IMG/VR virus record: IMGVR_UViG_3300044641_005368
Coordinates: 1-60,889 of that record
DNA length: 60,889 nt
Source of the DNA: a virus
Lineage: Duplodnaviria > Caudoviricetes
Strand: one strand, 5' to 3'
The notes beneath the pieces are model-generated. The model saw only the letters and a list, made by a program, of their open reading frames with translations, searched no databases and was not told where the DNA came from. Both the position numbers and the translations under genes were made by a program. Positions 39,917 through 48,861 of this stretch are shown here, one piece after another. Positions within the stretch are counted from its first letter, which is position 1; each line of letters opens with the position of its first letter.

Positions 39917-39996
39917 CGTACATCCTTTGTGTTCTCTGGGTCGTTTTCCGAATGAGCCGAAGCCCGTAGCACATATGACCTAACGTATGTATCTTT

Positions 39997-40025
39997 ATTC
40001 TTTCCTTTTAGTATGAAATTGTCAG
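39997..40025 (-). promoter_or_regulatory. Putative promoter for scaffold and capsid genes
   Basis: CTGACA-N17-AAGAAT. Confidence 0.5.
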
Positions 40026-40037
40026 CGTAAATCGCTT

Positions 40038-41741
40038 TTATTTTTCATACTCTTCTGGATTACGCCTCTGTGGGAGAACGGTTCCATAAGCTTCAGTTAC
40101 CAACTTGTTGCGGAGGTCGGCTTCTCCCATGTCTGCAACTTGCAGAGCTTCATCCATTGTTGGAGGCATCATTGCTGGCAGCGCTGCCCCAGCTTCACCA
40201 GGAACCCCTGGTTTACCACCAGTTTCTGGGTTTGGCATGGTTCCGGTAAGTTCAGCAATTTCTTGCTCAATCTGGGTCTGCATAAGCTTAAGTGCGCCAT
40301 CTGCAATAGCGTCATCCATAAGTTCTTGACGGATTTCGTTGAGCTTCTCTGCTGGGAACTCTTCTCCAAGAGTACGAAGAGCGCCTTCTTTAGATTCAAT
40401 ACCAAGTGAAAGCTTGGACTGAATTTCGTTAAGCGCAATTAGCTTATCTAGAGGCAGCGGCTGTGGGAAATGTACATAAGACTGGTATGTGAGAGGGTCT
40501 TGTGGGTCTAGACGGTCTAGCTGACCTCTTTTTAGCTTAACATTAGTTGTTGGGTCCCAAATCAATACTTCTGGCTCTTTAATAGCAAGGCTAAGAAGGA
40601 TTAACTCATTAACGCGCTCAAGACCGCGTGCGTACTGAATAATCTTTTGGTGGTAACGAGCCATCAATGGTTGGAACTGAATAGAAAGAGCAACACCAGA
40701 GGTGTTAGAGATTGGCTGTGCCTGACCTAGAGCGGTCTCGGGAATACCAATCATTTCGTGCATTGACTTCTTGAGAAGCGCCATGAATTCCATAGCGCCC
40801 TTTAAACCTTGTGAACCACCTTCTAGGTTTTCTACCTTTGCGTCTTTTGGTAGTCCGCCCCAGACTTTATTAGCACCTTTTTCAAGCTGAGAAGCCTTTG
40901 CACCGATGATAACTGTGACTGGCGCGGCGTGGTAATTAACGATGTCCGAAACGTCCGTAGCAGTTTCATTGTAAGCGCGATTAATGTTAGTAATGTCATG
41001 GCAATCAGCAAGACCCCAAGGAGAACCAGAGATACGCACATTTGGAATATGAATAACGGGAATAGTGCCAAGCGGGTTAGGGCGAGAGTCAATAAGTTCG
41101 TCGTTGATGTACTCTTCAATGATGTCATCTGTAAGGATTTCTGTGTAAGTGAATACTTGACGGGTGCCTTCAAGAGATGTGCCCCAAAAACGATACTTGA
41201 GCTTAAAACGAATTAAACGCTCGCGGTCGTGAGGGTGGAACTCTGGAAATGCAAAAGATGAGTTAAGTGGCAGGATACGAACTCGTCCTGGATGTTGACG
41301 TCCTGCGGCATCTGCCCAAGCCTCTTCATACGCAACCTTAATAAAGCAGTCGCCAGAAACGCTTCCCTGCTGACCGATTTCCCAAAGCACTGTTGCCTTG
41401 TTGTTATCTACTTCCCACACACGCTCAAGTAGGTCTGGAACAATAGCCTCTGTCTCTTTTGGAGATCTAAAGCTAACACCCTTACCAAAGGTAAAGTTAA
41501 TAAGAAAATCTGTGAATGCGCGGAAATAATTAAGTACTAATTGCGTTTCGCCAGTTTGACGTCGGTATGAATAGTGGTGACCGAGGTACATCGCCCAGTT
41601 AAGAGAGTAGCGATTTAAACGAGGGCCGTGTACTTCAAATTCTTCATCCGCAAGCTCAACAAGGCCAAGCGGGGAAATGGAGATGGTTAAGTCGGAAGAC
41701 GCCGCTCGATAACTCGGAGGCGAAAAATCAATACCGCTCAC
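40038..41741 (-). CDS. Portal protein (SPP1 gp6-like)
   Basis: NPLGTIPVIHIPN, PWGLAD and SNTSGVAL motifs; size and position fit. Confidence 0.92.
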   Translation of the reverse strand: MSGIDFSPPSYRAASSDLTISISPLGLVELADEEFEVHGPRLNRYSLNWAMYLGHHYSYRRQTGETQLVLNYFRAFTDFLINFTFGKGVSFRSPKETEAIVPDLLERVWEVDNNKATVLWEIGQQGSVSGDCFIKVAYEEAWADAAGRQHPGRVRILPLNSSFAFPEFHPHDRERLIRFKLKYRFWGTSLEGTRQVFTYTEILTDDIIEEYINDELIDSRPNPLGTIPVIHIPNVRISGSPWGLADCHDITNINRAYNETATDVSDIVNYHAAPVTVIIGAKASQLEKGANKVWGGLPKDAKVENLEGGSQGLKGAMEFMALLKKSMHEMIGIPETALGQAQPISNTSGVALSIQFQPLMARYHQKIIQYARGLERVNELILLSLAIKEPEVLIWDPTTNVKLKRGQLDRLDPQDPLTYQSYVHFPQPLPLDKLIALNEIQSKLSLGIESKEGALRTLGEEFPAEKLNEIRQELMDDAIADGALKLMQTQIEQEIAELTGTMPNPETGGKPGVPGEAGAALPAMMPPTMDEALQVADMGEADLRNKLVTEAYGTVLPQRRNPEEYEK

Positions 41742-41792
41742 TTAACCACCTTACTTAGCATGCCCGAAGGCTACCACAAAAACTAGGAAAAT

Positions 41793-42107
41793 TTAGTAAC
41801 CGCGTTGGCGTTCGCCGCGGATGTTAGCTTTGCCAACTGGCTTAGTAACTTTTTCTTTCCGTGCTTTTTCTTCTTTTTGACGCTTCTCTTGATCGTAATC
41901 TCTGAAGCGTGGATCAATTTCTTTCTTTGAATCCACAAAGTTTCCACCCATTTGAACATAATGAGAGTGGACCCAGTGTGCGGCGGCAGGAGAAGGATAT
42001 GTAGTGAACTTAGCTCGCGCCTGAGCGGTGAGCATGTTCCAAAGTTTTGGGTTAGCGGGATTACGCTTCGGACCCTTTTGTACTTCTTGACCTGTATTTA
42101 ACGCCAC
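41793..42107 (-). CDS. Hypothetical basic protein
   Basis: PANPKLW...ARAKFTTYPSPAA.HWV..Y...GG motif, recurrent in phages. Confidence 0.7.
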   Translation of the reverse strand: MALNTGQEVQKGPKRNPANPKLWNMLTAQARAKFTTYPSPAAAHWVHSHYVQMGGNFVDSKKEIDPRFRDYDQEKRQKEEKARKEKVTKPVGKANIRGERQRGY

Positions 42108-42131
42108 AATGAATTCCTAAACACTAGAAGA

Positions 42132-42170
42132 CCTACCCCCGCCAGCCTTGTCGATCTGAACGGGGGTAGG
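42132..42170 (-). terminator. Stem-loop, possible terminator
   Basis: CCTACCCCCG...CGGGGGTAGG 10-bp stem followed by TCTTCT. Confidence 0.55.
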
Positions 42171-42177
42171 AACTTAA

Positions 42178-42576
42178 TTAGTCTTCTACTACTGCTGGGT
42201 TTAGAGCTGCTTGACGTGATCCTGAACGGAACTCGCGCTCAAATGTGTTTTCGCCATGGTTAGCGAAAGCGCCTGCTGAAAACTCAGACAAGTTATTTGG
42301 TGCTTCCACCCAAGCTGCTGAACCAACGTGTGCGCGTTCACGCATTGTCTCTTCTGCAGTCTTTGTGTGCACTGGCTTGTTACGGTTTGGACGTCCTGGT
42401 GCTGGCTCGTAGCCTTGCATAGCTCCGTTTGTGAACTGAGCTGGAACATCTGTATCTGTTGCTACGCCCTCTTCAAAACGAAGTGGTCCGCGCTGGCCTG
42501 GTGTGGCACCAGCCATTTTGCGGTCATACATATTTCCAGCTTTTTCTGGAAACTTTGGTGATGGTGCGATTGACAT
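42178..42576 (-). CDS. Hypothetical protein between terminase and portal
   Basis: RGPLRFEEGVATDTDVP and RAHVGSAAWVEAP; high-expression codon bias. Confidence 0.75.
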   Translation of the reverse strand: MSIAPSPKFPEKAGNMYDRKMAGATPGQRGPLRFEEGVATDTDVPAQFTNGAMQGYEPAPGRPNRNKPVHTKTAEETMRERAHVGSAAWVEAPNNLSEFSAGAFANHGENTFEREFRSGSRQAALNPAVVED

Positions 42577-42613
42577 ATAAACTCCTAAATTTAGGTTGAG
42601 GTACCTCAGATAA

Positions 42614-42642
42614 AGTGTGCTACGTATTTTGGTGCAAGTCAG
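42614..42642 (-). promoter_or_regulatory. Putative promoter
   Basis: CTGACT-N17-CACACT. Confidence 0.45.
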
Positions 42643-42655
42643 GCTAAAGTGGCAA

Positions 42656-44245
42656 TTATCTAGAAAAGAAGGGGGAGCTGGAAACTTCTACCTGCGGCAT
42701 GGTTAGGTCCATAGTTAAAGACACAGCAATAGCTAGGCTATCCGCGTAGTCATCGTGGGCATGGGCTTCTTCCGGGGCATGGGCTAAAAAGTTAGGTCCG
42801 GTGAACTTGGTTTCTAAGTCAGTCATCTGTTGATAAAACCGCTTCCAAGTACGAAGTCTGCGAGTTTTTGCATGTGCAGGCCAACCAACCATACGGCGAT
42901 CAATTAGCGCTTTAAGGTGCTTCCAACGCTTAGATTGTTCAGGCTGGCTACTGCCTATAGCGTGAACCTCTGCTCTTGGAAGCAAAAGTTTAAGTCGCTG
43001 GGCCACTGCGTCACCTACACCATTGGCATCTACACCTACAGCTAGTACGTCATAGTTATTTAAAAAGTTAACAATTTGAAAGTACTGATCTTCCCAGTCA
43101 TCGCCTTGGATTTCCATCCAGTTAAGAATGCGGTGGTCAAAATACCCAAATTCATCAGGTCGATCCCAGTCAACCCATACAACTGTAACAACTGTGGAGT
43201 CCATTTTGCGAGCAGGGTCAATCCCCACTACCACTGGAGTTCTATGCCAAGCCTTAACAGTTTCTTGTGAAGTGTCCCCCAATTCATCCATAACGGTGGA
43301 TGTAATGAACATGCCGCGCTCAAGCAGCCACTTACAACTGTATGACATTTGGAACTCATCTGAGTCCTCGCCGATACGAAGCATCTCTTTTTTAATAAAC
43401 TTACCGTAGTTTAAATTAACCTTTGCTACATCCCGCCAATCCCACTCGAAGTGGTTCTGACGATTACCACGCCCAGTTTGACGGCGTTTGTTTAATTGAA
43501 TAGAACGGTAAAAGTTATTCTTGCTTGTAGTAGGGGTACCCGTTTTAACCATAGTACCTGAGTAGTACGCAAGCATAGGAGAGATTGACTTAGACACTAC
43601 GAAGTCATCTGCCTCTTGACACTCGTCAATAACAATAAGGTGGAAAGACTTAGATTCAATCTTTGCGCGAGGGTTAGCAGTCATCATCATAAGGCTACTG
43701 CCTGAGTTCTTAAGTTTAATTTGTCGTGTAACTCCGGGGACTTTTCCAAGGGAGTCATCAATCTCTGGGTCACCTAATATCTCTAGGGCACGCTCAGAGG
43801 TAAGTCGATTTACTGTACGACCAAAGAGTGTTTCTACCTGACCTTCAACTGGAGCAAACATGCCAATCCAGATACCGTCTTTAAAGCGGCCTAGTAGGTC
43901 TGGGTACATCTTTGCTAAGCGGGGTAAAAGAACCATAAGTGTGGCTACTGTATTAGCAATAGTTTCTGACTTGCCTGACTGACGAGCAGCAAGAGCAGTT
44001 ACCTCTTCGCCGTCATTAATAATTACAGATTCAATTACGCGTCTAGCGAGCGGTAATTGGTAGGGGTGCAGGTCATGGCCGACTAATGCGCTCATAAATT
44101 GAATGCACCTATCGACGAGCATCTTAACGAACTCTTTAGATAGCTCGTCTAAGTCATCCTCATCGTCCTCAGACGGGAGTAACTCCTCATCCTCTTCGGG
44201 TAGGAGCTCGTCTTCGTCTAGTTCATCAAACAAGTTGTTTTCCAT
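42656..44245 (-). CDS. terL: Terminase large subunit
   Basis: LHPYQ, ARQSGKSE (Walker A), IVIDECQ (Walker B), GTP, VGIDPA nuclease and HDDYADSL. Confidence 0.95.
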   Translation of the reverse strand: MENNLFDELDEDELLPEEDEELLPSEDDEDDLDELSKEFVKMLVDRCIQFMSALVGHDLHPYQLPLARRVIESVIINDGEEVTALAARQSGKSETIANTVATLMVLLPRLAKMYPDLLGRFKDGIWIGMFAPVEGQVETLFGRTVNRLTSERALEILGDPEIDDSLGKVPGVTRQIKLKNSGSSLMMMTANPRAKIESKSFHLIVIDECQEADDFVVSKSISPMLAYYSGTMVKTGTPTTSKNNFYRSIQLNKRRQTGRGNRQNHFEWDWRDVAKVNLNYGKFIKKEMLRIGEDSDEFQMSYSCKWLLERGMFITSTVMDELGDTSQETVKAWHRTPVVVGIDPARKMDSTVVTVVWVDWDRPDEFGYFDHRILNWMEIQGDDWEDQYFQIVNFLNNYDVLAVGVDANGVGDAVAQRLKLLLPRAEVHAIGSSQPEQSKRWKHLKALIDRRMVGWPAHAKTRRLRTWKRFYQQMTDLETKFTGPNFLAHAPEEAHAHDDYADSLAIAVSLTMDLTMPQVEVSSSPFFSR

Positions 44246-44272
44246 ATTAAGGTTAGTTTAGTAGAAAACACT

Positions 44273-44298
44273 TAGCCTGGGCTGTTATACCCAGGCTA
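44273..44298 (-). terminator. Hairpin/terminator upstream of terL
   Basis: TAGCCTGGG-N8-CCCAGGCTA then AGTGTTTT. Confidence 0.55.
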
Positions 44299-44347
44299 GA
44301 TGTTACCTACTACACGGGGAGAGGAAGTAAGAGGTGGCGTAATACTA

Positions 44348-44599
44348 TCACAAGTTTACGCGTGTCATGCGAGCGTTCAAAGCATCTACAACTGCATGAA
44401 GTGCTTCGGCACCAGCTAAAGCTTCACGCAAAGATACTTCATCACGATTCTTGGAGTACGCAGATAAACATCGGCCCAACTCAAATAGTGCTTGGTCAGC
44501 CCACATCTCTAGCTCCCCAGTTGGAATGCGAGAAACTCGTTTTGCAACCTTTTCTGGGAAAGGTTTAACCCAGGGCGCTTTCTTCTTAAAAAGTGTCAT
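44348..44599 (-). CDS. Hypothetical helical protein
   Basis: ORF upstream of terL; helical pattern. Confidence 0.65.
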   Translation of the reverse strand: MTLFKKKAPWVKPFPEKVAKRVSRIPTGELEMWADQALFELGRCLSAYSKNRDEVSLREALAGAEALHAVVDALNARMTRVNL

Positions 44600-44879
44600 T
44601 GTATAGCCCATCGTTTGGGGTCCAGGCTGTTCGGCCTTTCATAGCTTTCATCATGATTAAGTCGACATCCTCGTCTGTTAAAAGGTGAGGGTCTTTGACG
44701 GTCTTAAAAAACACGCCAATGTAATATCCAGGTTTTGTAAAAGGAAGTCTAAATACCAAACAACGCCCAGAGCGAAACGGTATTTCGGTTTCTTGGGTAT
44801 GGCCAATTTCTACTACCGGCAATAAGTGGCGATGGTAGTACTGCAGTGTTCCAACGTATAGTGGTCCAAGTGTTCTCAT
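44586..44879 (-). CDS. Hypothetical protein
   Basis: Coupled ORF (TAATG); TQETEIPFR.G.CLVFRLPF. Confidence 0.65.
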   Translation of the reverse strand: MRTLGPLYVGTLQYYHRHLLPVVEIGHTQETEIPFRSGRCLVFRLPFTKPGYYIGVFFKTVKDPHLLTDEDVDLIMMKAMKGRTAWTPNDGLYNDTF

Positions 44880-45319
44880 TAGGAGTTTAAGAATACCCTA
44901 ATTTCTTCCGGAAGTGAAGAGGGATCGCATGGCCCCATGTCATCGTGGCCATCTAGTCCTGAGCCGCTTAGGTACTTACCTGTCGAATCGCTGGCTTTTA
45001 ACCCAGTCCAAAAGTTAGAGGGTATGTCGCGGTACTCCCACCAAGTGCCATCTCTAAAAACAACAATCAAGCGCATTTCTTCTGGGCTATAAGCAATCTT
45101 TCGTGCGCGAGGCCTTGCAGAGTTAGTTGTGGGAGCGTTAGATCTTTTATATGTAGCTGGGGCTTCAACCGGGTTCATCTTCTCCCAAGTCGTGGCCACA
45201 TCAAGCGCTTCCTGCATGCGCATGGAAAGATTGAGAATACGGTTTGCTTGGTCTTCTCGTTGCTTTTGCTGTTGCTGTCTAAAGCTTTGCCCCTTAGAGT
45301 CATTCTTAGGCATCGGCAT
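44879..45319 (-). CDS. KTSC-domain protein
   Basis: IAYSPEEMRLIVVFRDGTWWEYRDIP..W..LK.SDSTGKYL fits the KTSC consensus. Confidence 0.8.
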   Translation of the reverse strand: MPMPKNDSKGQSFRQQQQKQREDQANRILNLSMRMQEALDVATTWEKMNPVEAPATYKRSNAPTTNSARPRARKIAYSPEEMRLIVVFRDGTWWEYRDIPSNFWTGLKASDSTGKYLSGSGLDGHDDMGPCDPSSLPEEIRVFLNS

Positions 45320-45578
45320 CCTCACAGACATGTTCTTCTGTTTTGTTTTCAGGAACTCTTGCTAAACAAGTGCCACATCGCAAAACGCGGATTGGCTTAT
45401 AGTTATTCTGTGCGGTAGCTCCCATTGGGAAGTCTCCACCGTCTTCGCTGTATTGCGGTATGTAGTCATCCACAATGTCAGGTTCCCTAAATAACTCTCT
45501 AGGAAACGGGCCTACTGGATCCATGACGTGGTCAGGAACCGCGTGGATTTGTACAGCAGCTTTTCTAGTTACTCTCAT
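45306..45578 (-). CDS. Hypothetical zinc-ribbon protein
   Basis: C-terminal CGTC...HVC. Confidence 0.6.
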   Translation of the reverse strand: MRVTRKAAVQIHAVPDHVMDPVGPFPRELFREPDIVDDYIPQYSEDGGDFPMGATAQNNYKPIRVLRCGTCLARVPENKTEEHVCEDADA

Positions 45579-45789
45579 CTGCAGGGGCTTCTTCCTCAAC
45601 AGTAGATTCTTCTACCGGAGCCGCTGCTTTTTTCTTTGCCTTTGGGGCCTCTGCTAATGGGAAGTGTCCGGTTGATGCTCGTGCTCGTAACCAAGTAGGC
45701 AAGCATTCAGCGCAATAGTCAAGTGGGTTTGCTCCTGGATCCGCAACAGTGTAGACAGCATCTGCTGGGCAGTTTACGCATTTAATCAT
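45565..45789 (-). CDS. Small zinc-finger protein
   Basis: CVNC...YCAECLP; AGGAG RBS. Confidence 0.7.
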   Translation of the reverse strand: MIKCVNCPADAVYTVADPGANPLDYCAECLPTWLRARASTGHFPLAEAPKAKKKAAAPVEESTVEEEAPADESN

Positions 45790-45833
45790 TTTATCTCCTA
45801 GTTCGGATATTATTCTAGCCCATAAAGCAAAAA

Positions 45834-45854
45834 GGGCGGGTAGTTAACCCGCCC
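45834..45854 (-). terminator. Intrinsic terminator
   Basis: GGGCGGG-TTAACTA-CCCGCCC-TTTTT. Confidence 0.8.
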
Positions 45855-45871
45855 CCAGTGCTGTGTCTTTA

Positions 45872-46150
45872 TTACTTCTTTTTAGCCTTAGCCGCTTCCT
45901 TAGCAAGCTTCTTGCCGGCTTCAGTAGCTAAAGACTCCGCTACTCGACCAAAGGCTGGGTCCATCTTGTTTACGTAGCGAAGAGCTACTGGAACCAAAGA
46001 TGCCCATAGAGCGTTAGCTACTAGTAGCCACTCACCTGAACCGAAGTCAAGTGGGGTTGCTGCTCCGCTGGTTTGCATAACAATCATTACTGCGCCGATA
46101 ACCTGACCAAACAGGTTGCGAGCGTAGGATTCAATCAGTGCTTTGTTCAT
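45872..46150 (-). CDS. Putative holin
   Basis: Two TM segments, SYAR and PVALRYVNKMDPAFG motifs, basic tail. Confidence 0.6.
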   Translation of the reverse strand: MNKALIESYARNLFGQVIGAVMIVMQTSGAATPLDFGSGEWLLVANALWASLVPVALRYVNKMDPAFGRVAESLATEAGKKLAKEAAKAKKK

Positions 46151-46165
46151 TGTTCTCCTTAGTGG

Positions 46166-46399
46166 TTATTCACCTAGTTTAGCCTTAAGTACCAAAAAGT
46201 CGGTCTTAAGAGCTGTTAAGTCTGCGCGGGTGTCGTTCATCTGATCTTTCATAGAACCTCCGCCATTTTCATACAGCTGGTATTCGATCTTGTCAAGACG
46301 CTTTTCAAGACGCAGTATGTACTTAATAGCTGCGCCGGTTTGTGCGAGTAAAAATAAAGCGATAGTGAGCTTATCACTTGGTGACACGTGCGTACCCAT
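46166..46399 (-). CDS. Small membrane protein with coiled coil
   Basis: TM segment followed by NGGGSMKDQ, a motif common in actinophage lysis-region proteins. Confidence 0.65.
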   Translation of the reverse strand: MGTHVSPSDKLTIALFLLAQTGAAIKYILRLEKRLDKIEYQLYENGGGSMKDQMNDTRADLTALKTDFLVLKAKLGE

Positions 46400-46605
46400 T
46401 CTGTAGAAATGTCAAGGAAAAGACTAGCACAGAATGGTTGTCCATATAATGAGCACTGTTATTTGTTGTATAACATATTAAATAAGGAAATGCAACATTT
46501 GTACGCATAAAATGCGGAAAAATAAAAAATTTACTTTTAATAGTTTTAACTTGACAAGCACTGTAACTCTTTGGTTGGCTAGTAGTCCGACTGAGAGGAG
46601 CAGAA

Positions 46606-47139
46606 ATGCTTAATATCAGAGAAAACATAGCAAAAGTGGCGGTTGTTGCAATCTACACAATTGCGTTTGGCACTGTGCCACACGCTCTTGCGGCAACAGT
46701 TTGGGAAGCTCCAGCGCCCCAAGCAGTTGTTAAGGTTGTTGACCCGCTAGAGGAGTTTAAGAACGCTCGTAAGCTTGATGAAGCTGAGCTAAAGAAACTC
46801 CTACAAGCAGTTGGTTTTGAGGGAAAGGCCCTCAGGACTGCTTGGGCTGTCGCTATGAAGGAGTCGAACGGACGTCCTTTAGCGCACAACACTAATGTGA
46901 ATACGGGGGACAACTCGTACGGCATTTACCAGATCAACATGATTGGTGACCTGGGACCTGCTCGTAGAGAGAAGTTCGACCTAAAAACAAACGAGGATCT
47001 ATTTGATCCCGTCACTAACGCAAAGATTGCGTACTTCATGACTGCCGGTGGAAAGAACTGGTCAGCGTGGAAAATCTATCCCGGCCAAAACAATGGAGAA
47101 AGGTATGAAGCGTTCCTTGAAAAGTTCGCACTAAATTAA
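46606..47139 (+). CDS. Secreted lysozyme-like lytic transglycosylase
   Basis: Signal peptide ending PHALA; AMKES (catalytic Glu), SYGIYQIN, DPVTNA and WSAW. Confidence 0.88.
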   Translation: MLNIRENIAKVAVVAIYTIAFGTVPHALAATVWEAPAPQAVVKVVDPLEEFKNARKLDEAELKKLLQAVGFEGKALRTAWAVAMKESNGRPLAHNTNVNTGDNSYGIYQINMIGDLGPARREKFDLKTNEDLFDPVTNAKIAYFMTAGGKNWSAWKIYPGQNNGERYEAFLEKFALN

Positions 47140-47142
47140 CAT

Positions 47143-47403
47143 ATGGAAGACATTCGGGCACCTTATTTCGATGGCACACAACCGTGTAGACAATTCGACA
47201 CAAACCTTTTCTTCCCCGAAGATCCGGGCGAAACTTTAAGGTTAAAGGCAATAGCTAAACCCATATGCAGTTCATGCAAGTTCGTTCATGAATGTTTGGA
47301 GTGGGCTCTAGATAATAATGAAGTCGGTATCTGGGGCGGCACTACAGACAGCGAACGCTTGCGAATGTCCCGAAAACGAAGAAAACTAAAAATAGGCGCT
47401 TAA
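47143..47403 (+). CDS. whiB: WhiB-family Fe-S transcription factor
   Basis: C..FFP...AKPICSSC...ECLEWAL...GIWGGTT..ER: four Cys plus the GIWGG turn; basic tail. Confidence 0.95.
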   Translation: MEDIRAPYFDGTQPCRQFDTNLFFPEDPGETLRLKAIAKPICSSCKFVHECLEWALDNNEVGIWGGTTDSERLRMSRKRRKLKIGA

Positions 47404-47406
47404 AGC

Positions 47407-47439
47407 AAAAAGCCCCCTGCTATACGCAGGGGGCTTTTT
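47407..47439. terminator. Bidirectional intrinsic terminator
   Basis: AAAAAGCCCCCTGC-TATAC-GCAGGGGGCTTTTT between convergent genes. Confidence 0.9.
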
Positions 47440-47448
47440 GTTGGGCGC

Positions 47449-48810
47449 TTATGAAGCGGCTGCCCAAGGAGTGATTGTAATTGTTGCTGTTGTTGCCACT
47501 GAAGCTGTACCAGCTGCAACTGACTGTGTCTTGATTGTTCCAGCAAGACCAGCAAGGTTTGCTGTTGAGTTGATACCGGTTGTATCTGCAACTGTGAAGC
47601 CAGAACCAGATACTGTGATCTGACCTGAACCAGCTGTACCTGTAACGGTCCAAGTTCCAATTGCGTATGCTGGAAGGTTGACTGGAGCTTCTCCAGCTGG
47701 TGTTCCTGCAACAAGTGTGACCTTGGTACCTGTTAGGTAGTTGGTATGAGCGTTTGTTGAGTAGATAACAGCAGATGTTGTGCTTGTAGCATTGAAACGA
47801 GTTACAGCTGCACGGGCGTTAGTTGCTGCTGTAGCTGTTGTGATATTAGCTAGCTCGTAACCAGCGTCACGGAGCTCGTCAACAGCTAATGCTGTTGTCT
47901 CACCAAGTACGTTAGGTACTACGATGTTACCAATTCCAGCGCCATCTGCTGCTGTAAGAGCTGTAGTTGACTGTACCTTGCCGTACCACTGTCCTGTAAT
48001 TTCACCAGCGTTAGCTGAGTTAGTTACTGTGAACTTAAGAGCATCTGCTGAAGCAACAGTTGCTGAAGATAGGTTGTAAGCAGAAGCTGTTAGGCCTGTG
48101 ATGTTTACAACGTCTCCTGCTGCAAGACGGTTCTGTGATGTGTATGTAACAGTTGTTCCGTCACCTGAAGCTGCTGTAATCATGTAGTTACCAGCTCCTG
48201 GAGTAAATGCCGGGTAGTTGTTCCACTCAGCTTCTGCTACTGCGTGGTTGTCAAGAGCTGCGTCTAGACGGGCTCCAGCTACCTTAGTAGTTGCTGACCA
48301 GTTGTAGTCTGCGCCTACTCCTGGGAAACGTCCGACTACACCCTTAGCTAAGGCTGTTTGAGCTGTATCTGAACCAGATGCTGCGTTTGTAACTGTAAAG
48401 CCTGTTGCTGCGCCCTCTGTGCCTACAAGTGAGGCTACAAGGACGTTTGAAAGATTAAGAGCTGATGTTGCAAGACCTGTGATGGACACGGTCTGGCCAA
48501 CAGCAAAAGCGTTAGCTGCTGTGTAAGTGACGGTTGTGCCATTGCCTGAAGCTGCTGTTACTACAGCAGTTTCATATACGATCTCGTCTGTACCAGTTGT
48601 TCCGCCGAAGTTTCCAGCAGCTTCCTCTGTACGAACGTCGTTTGGTTGCATAGGGTAGTTACCCCATACGAAATCTACTTTTACGTTTCCTGCTGAATCG
48701 GTAGCGTTACCGTTGTTGTTAGTTCCGCCAAGAGTCTCTGCGATAGCTAGTTGAGCTGCGCCTGTTCCCTCTGGTGAACCCACCGGAAGCGGTGAATTGT
48801 AGCTTGACAT
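47449..48810 (-). CDS. Ala/Thr-rich protein with beta repeats and a split PASTA-like domain
   Basis: VVPNVLGETTALAVDELRDAGY and GTIKTQSVAAGT...ITIT PASTA halves; duplicated TAASG.GTTVTYT module; capsid-like codon bias. Confidence 0.7.
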   Translation of the reverse strand: MSSYNSPLPVGSPEGTGAAQLAIAETLGGTNNNGNATDSAGNVKVDFVWGNYPMQPNDVRTEEAAGNFGGTTGTDEIVYETAVVTAASGNGTTVTYTAANAFAVGQTVSITGLATSALNLSNVLVASLVGTEGAATGFTVTNAASGSDTAQTALAKGVVGRFPGVGADYNWSATTKVAGARLDAALDNHAVAEAEWNNYPAFTPGAGNYMITAASGDGTTVTYTSQNRLAAGDVVNITGLTASAYNLSSATVASADALKFTVTNSANAGEITGQWYGKVQSTTALTAADGAGIGNIVVPNVLGETTALAVDELRDAGYELANITTATAATNARAAVTRFNATSTTSAVIYSTNAHTNYLTGTKVTLVAGTPAGEAPVNLPAYAIGTWTVTGTAGSGQITVSGSGFTVADTTGINSTANLAGLAGTIKTQSVAAGTASVATTATITITPWAAAS

Positions 48811-48861
48811 TATTTACCTTTTCTCTAGAGTAGTTAAAGCGCCTGATCGGGGCGCGTTACC

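Noticed and set aside
44348-45789. Terminase small subunit among the ORFs upstream of terL
   Set aside because: None shows a convincing TerS signature, so these were left as hypothetical.
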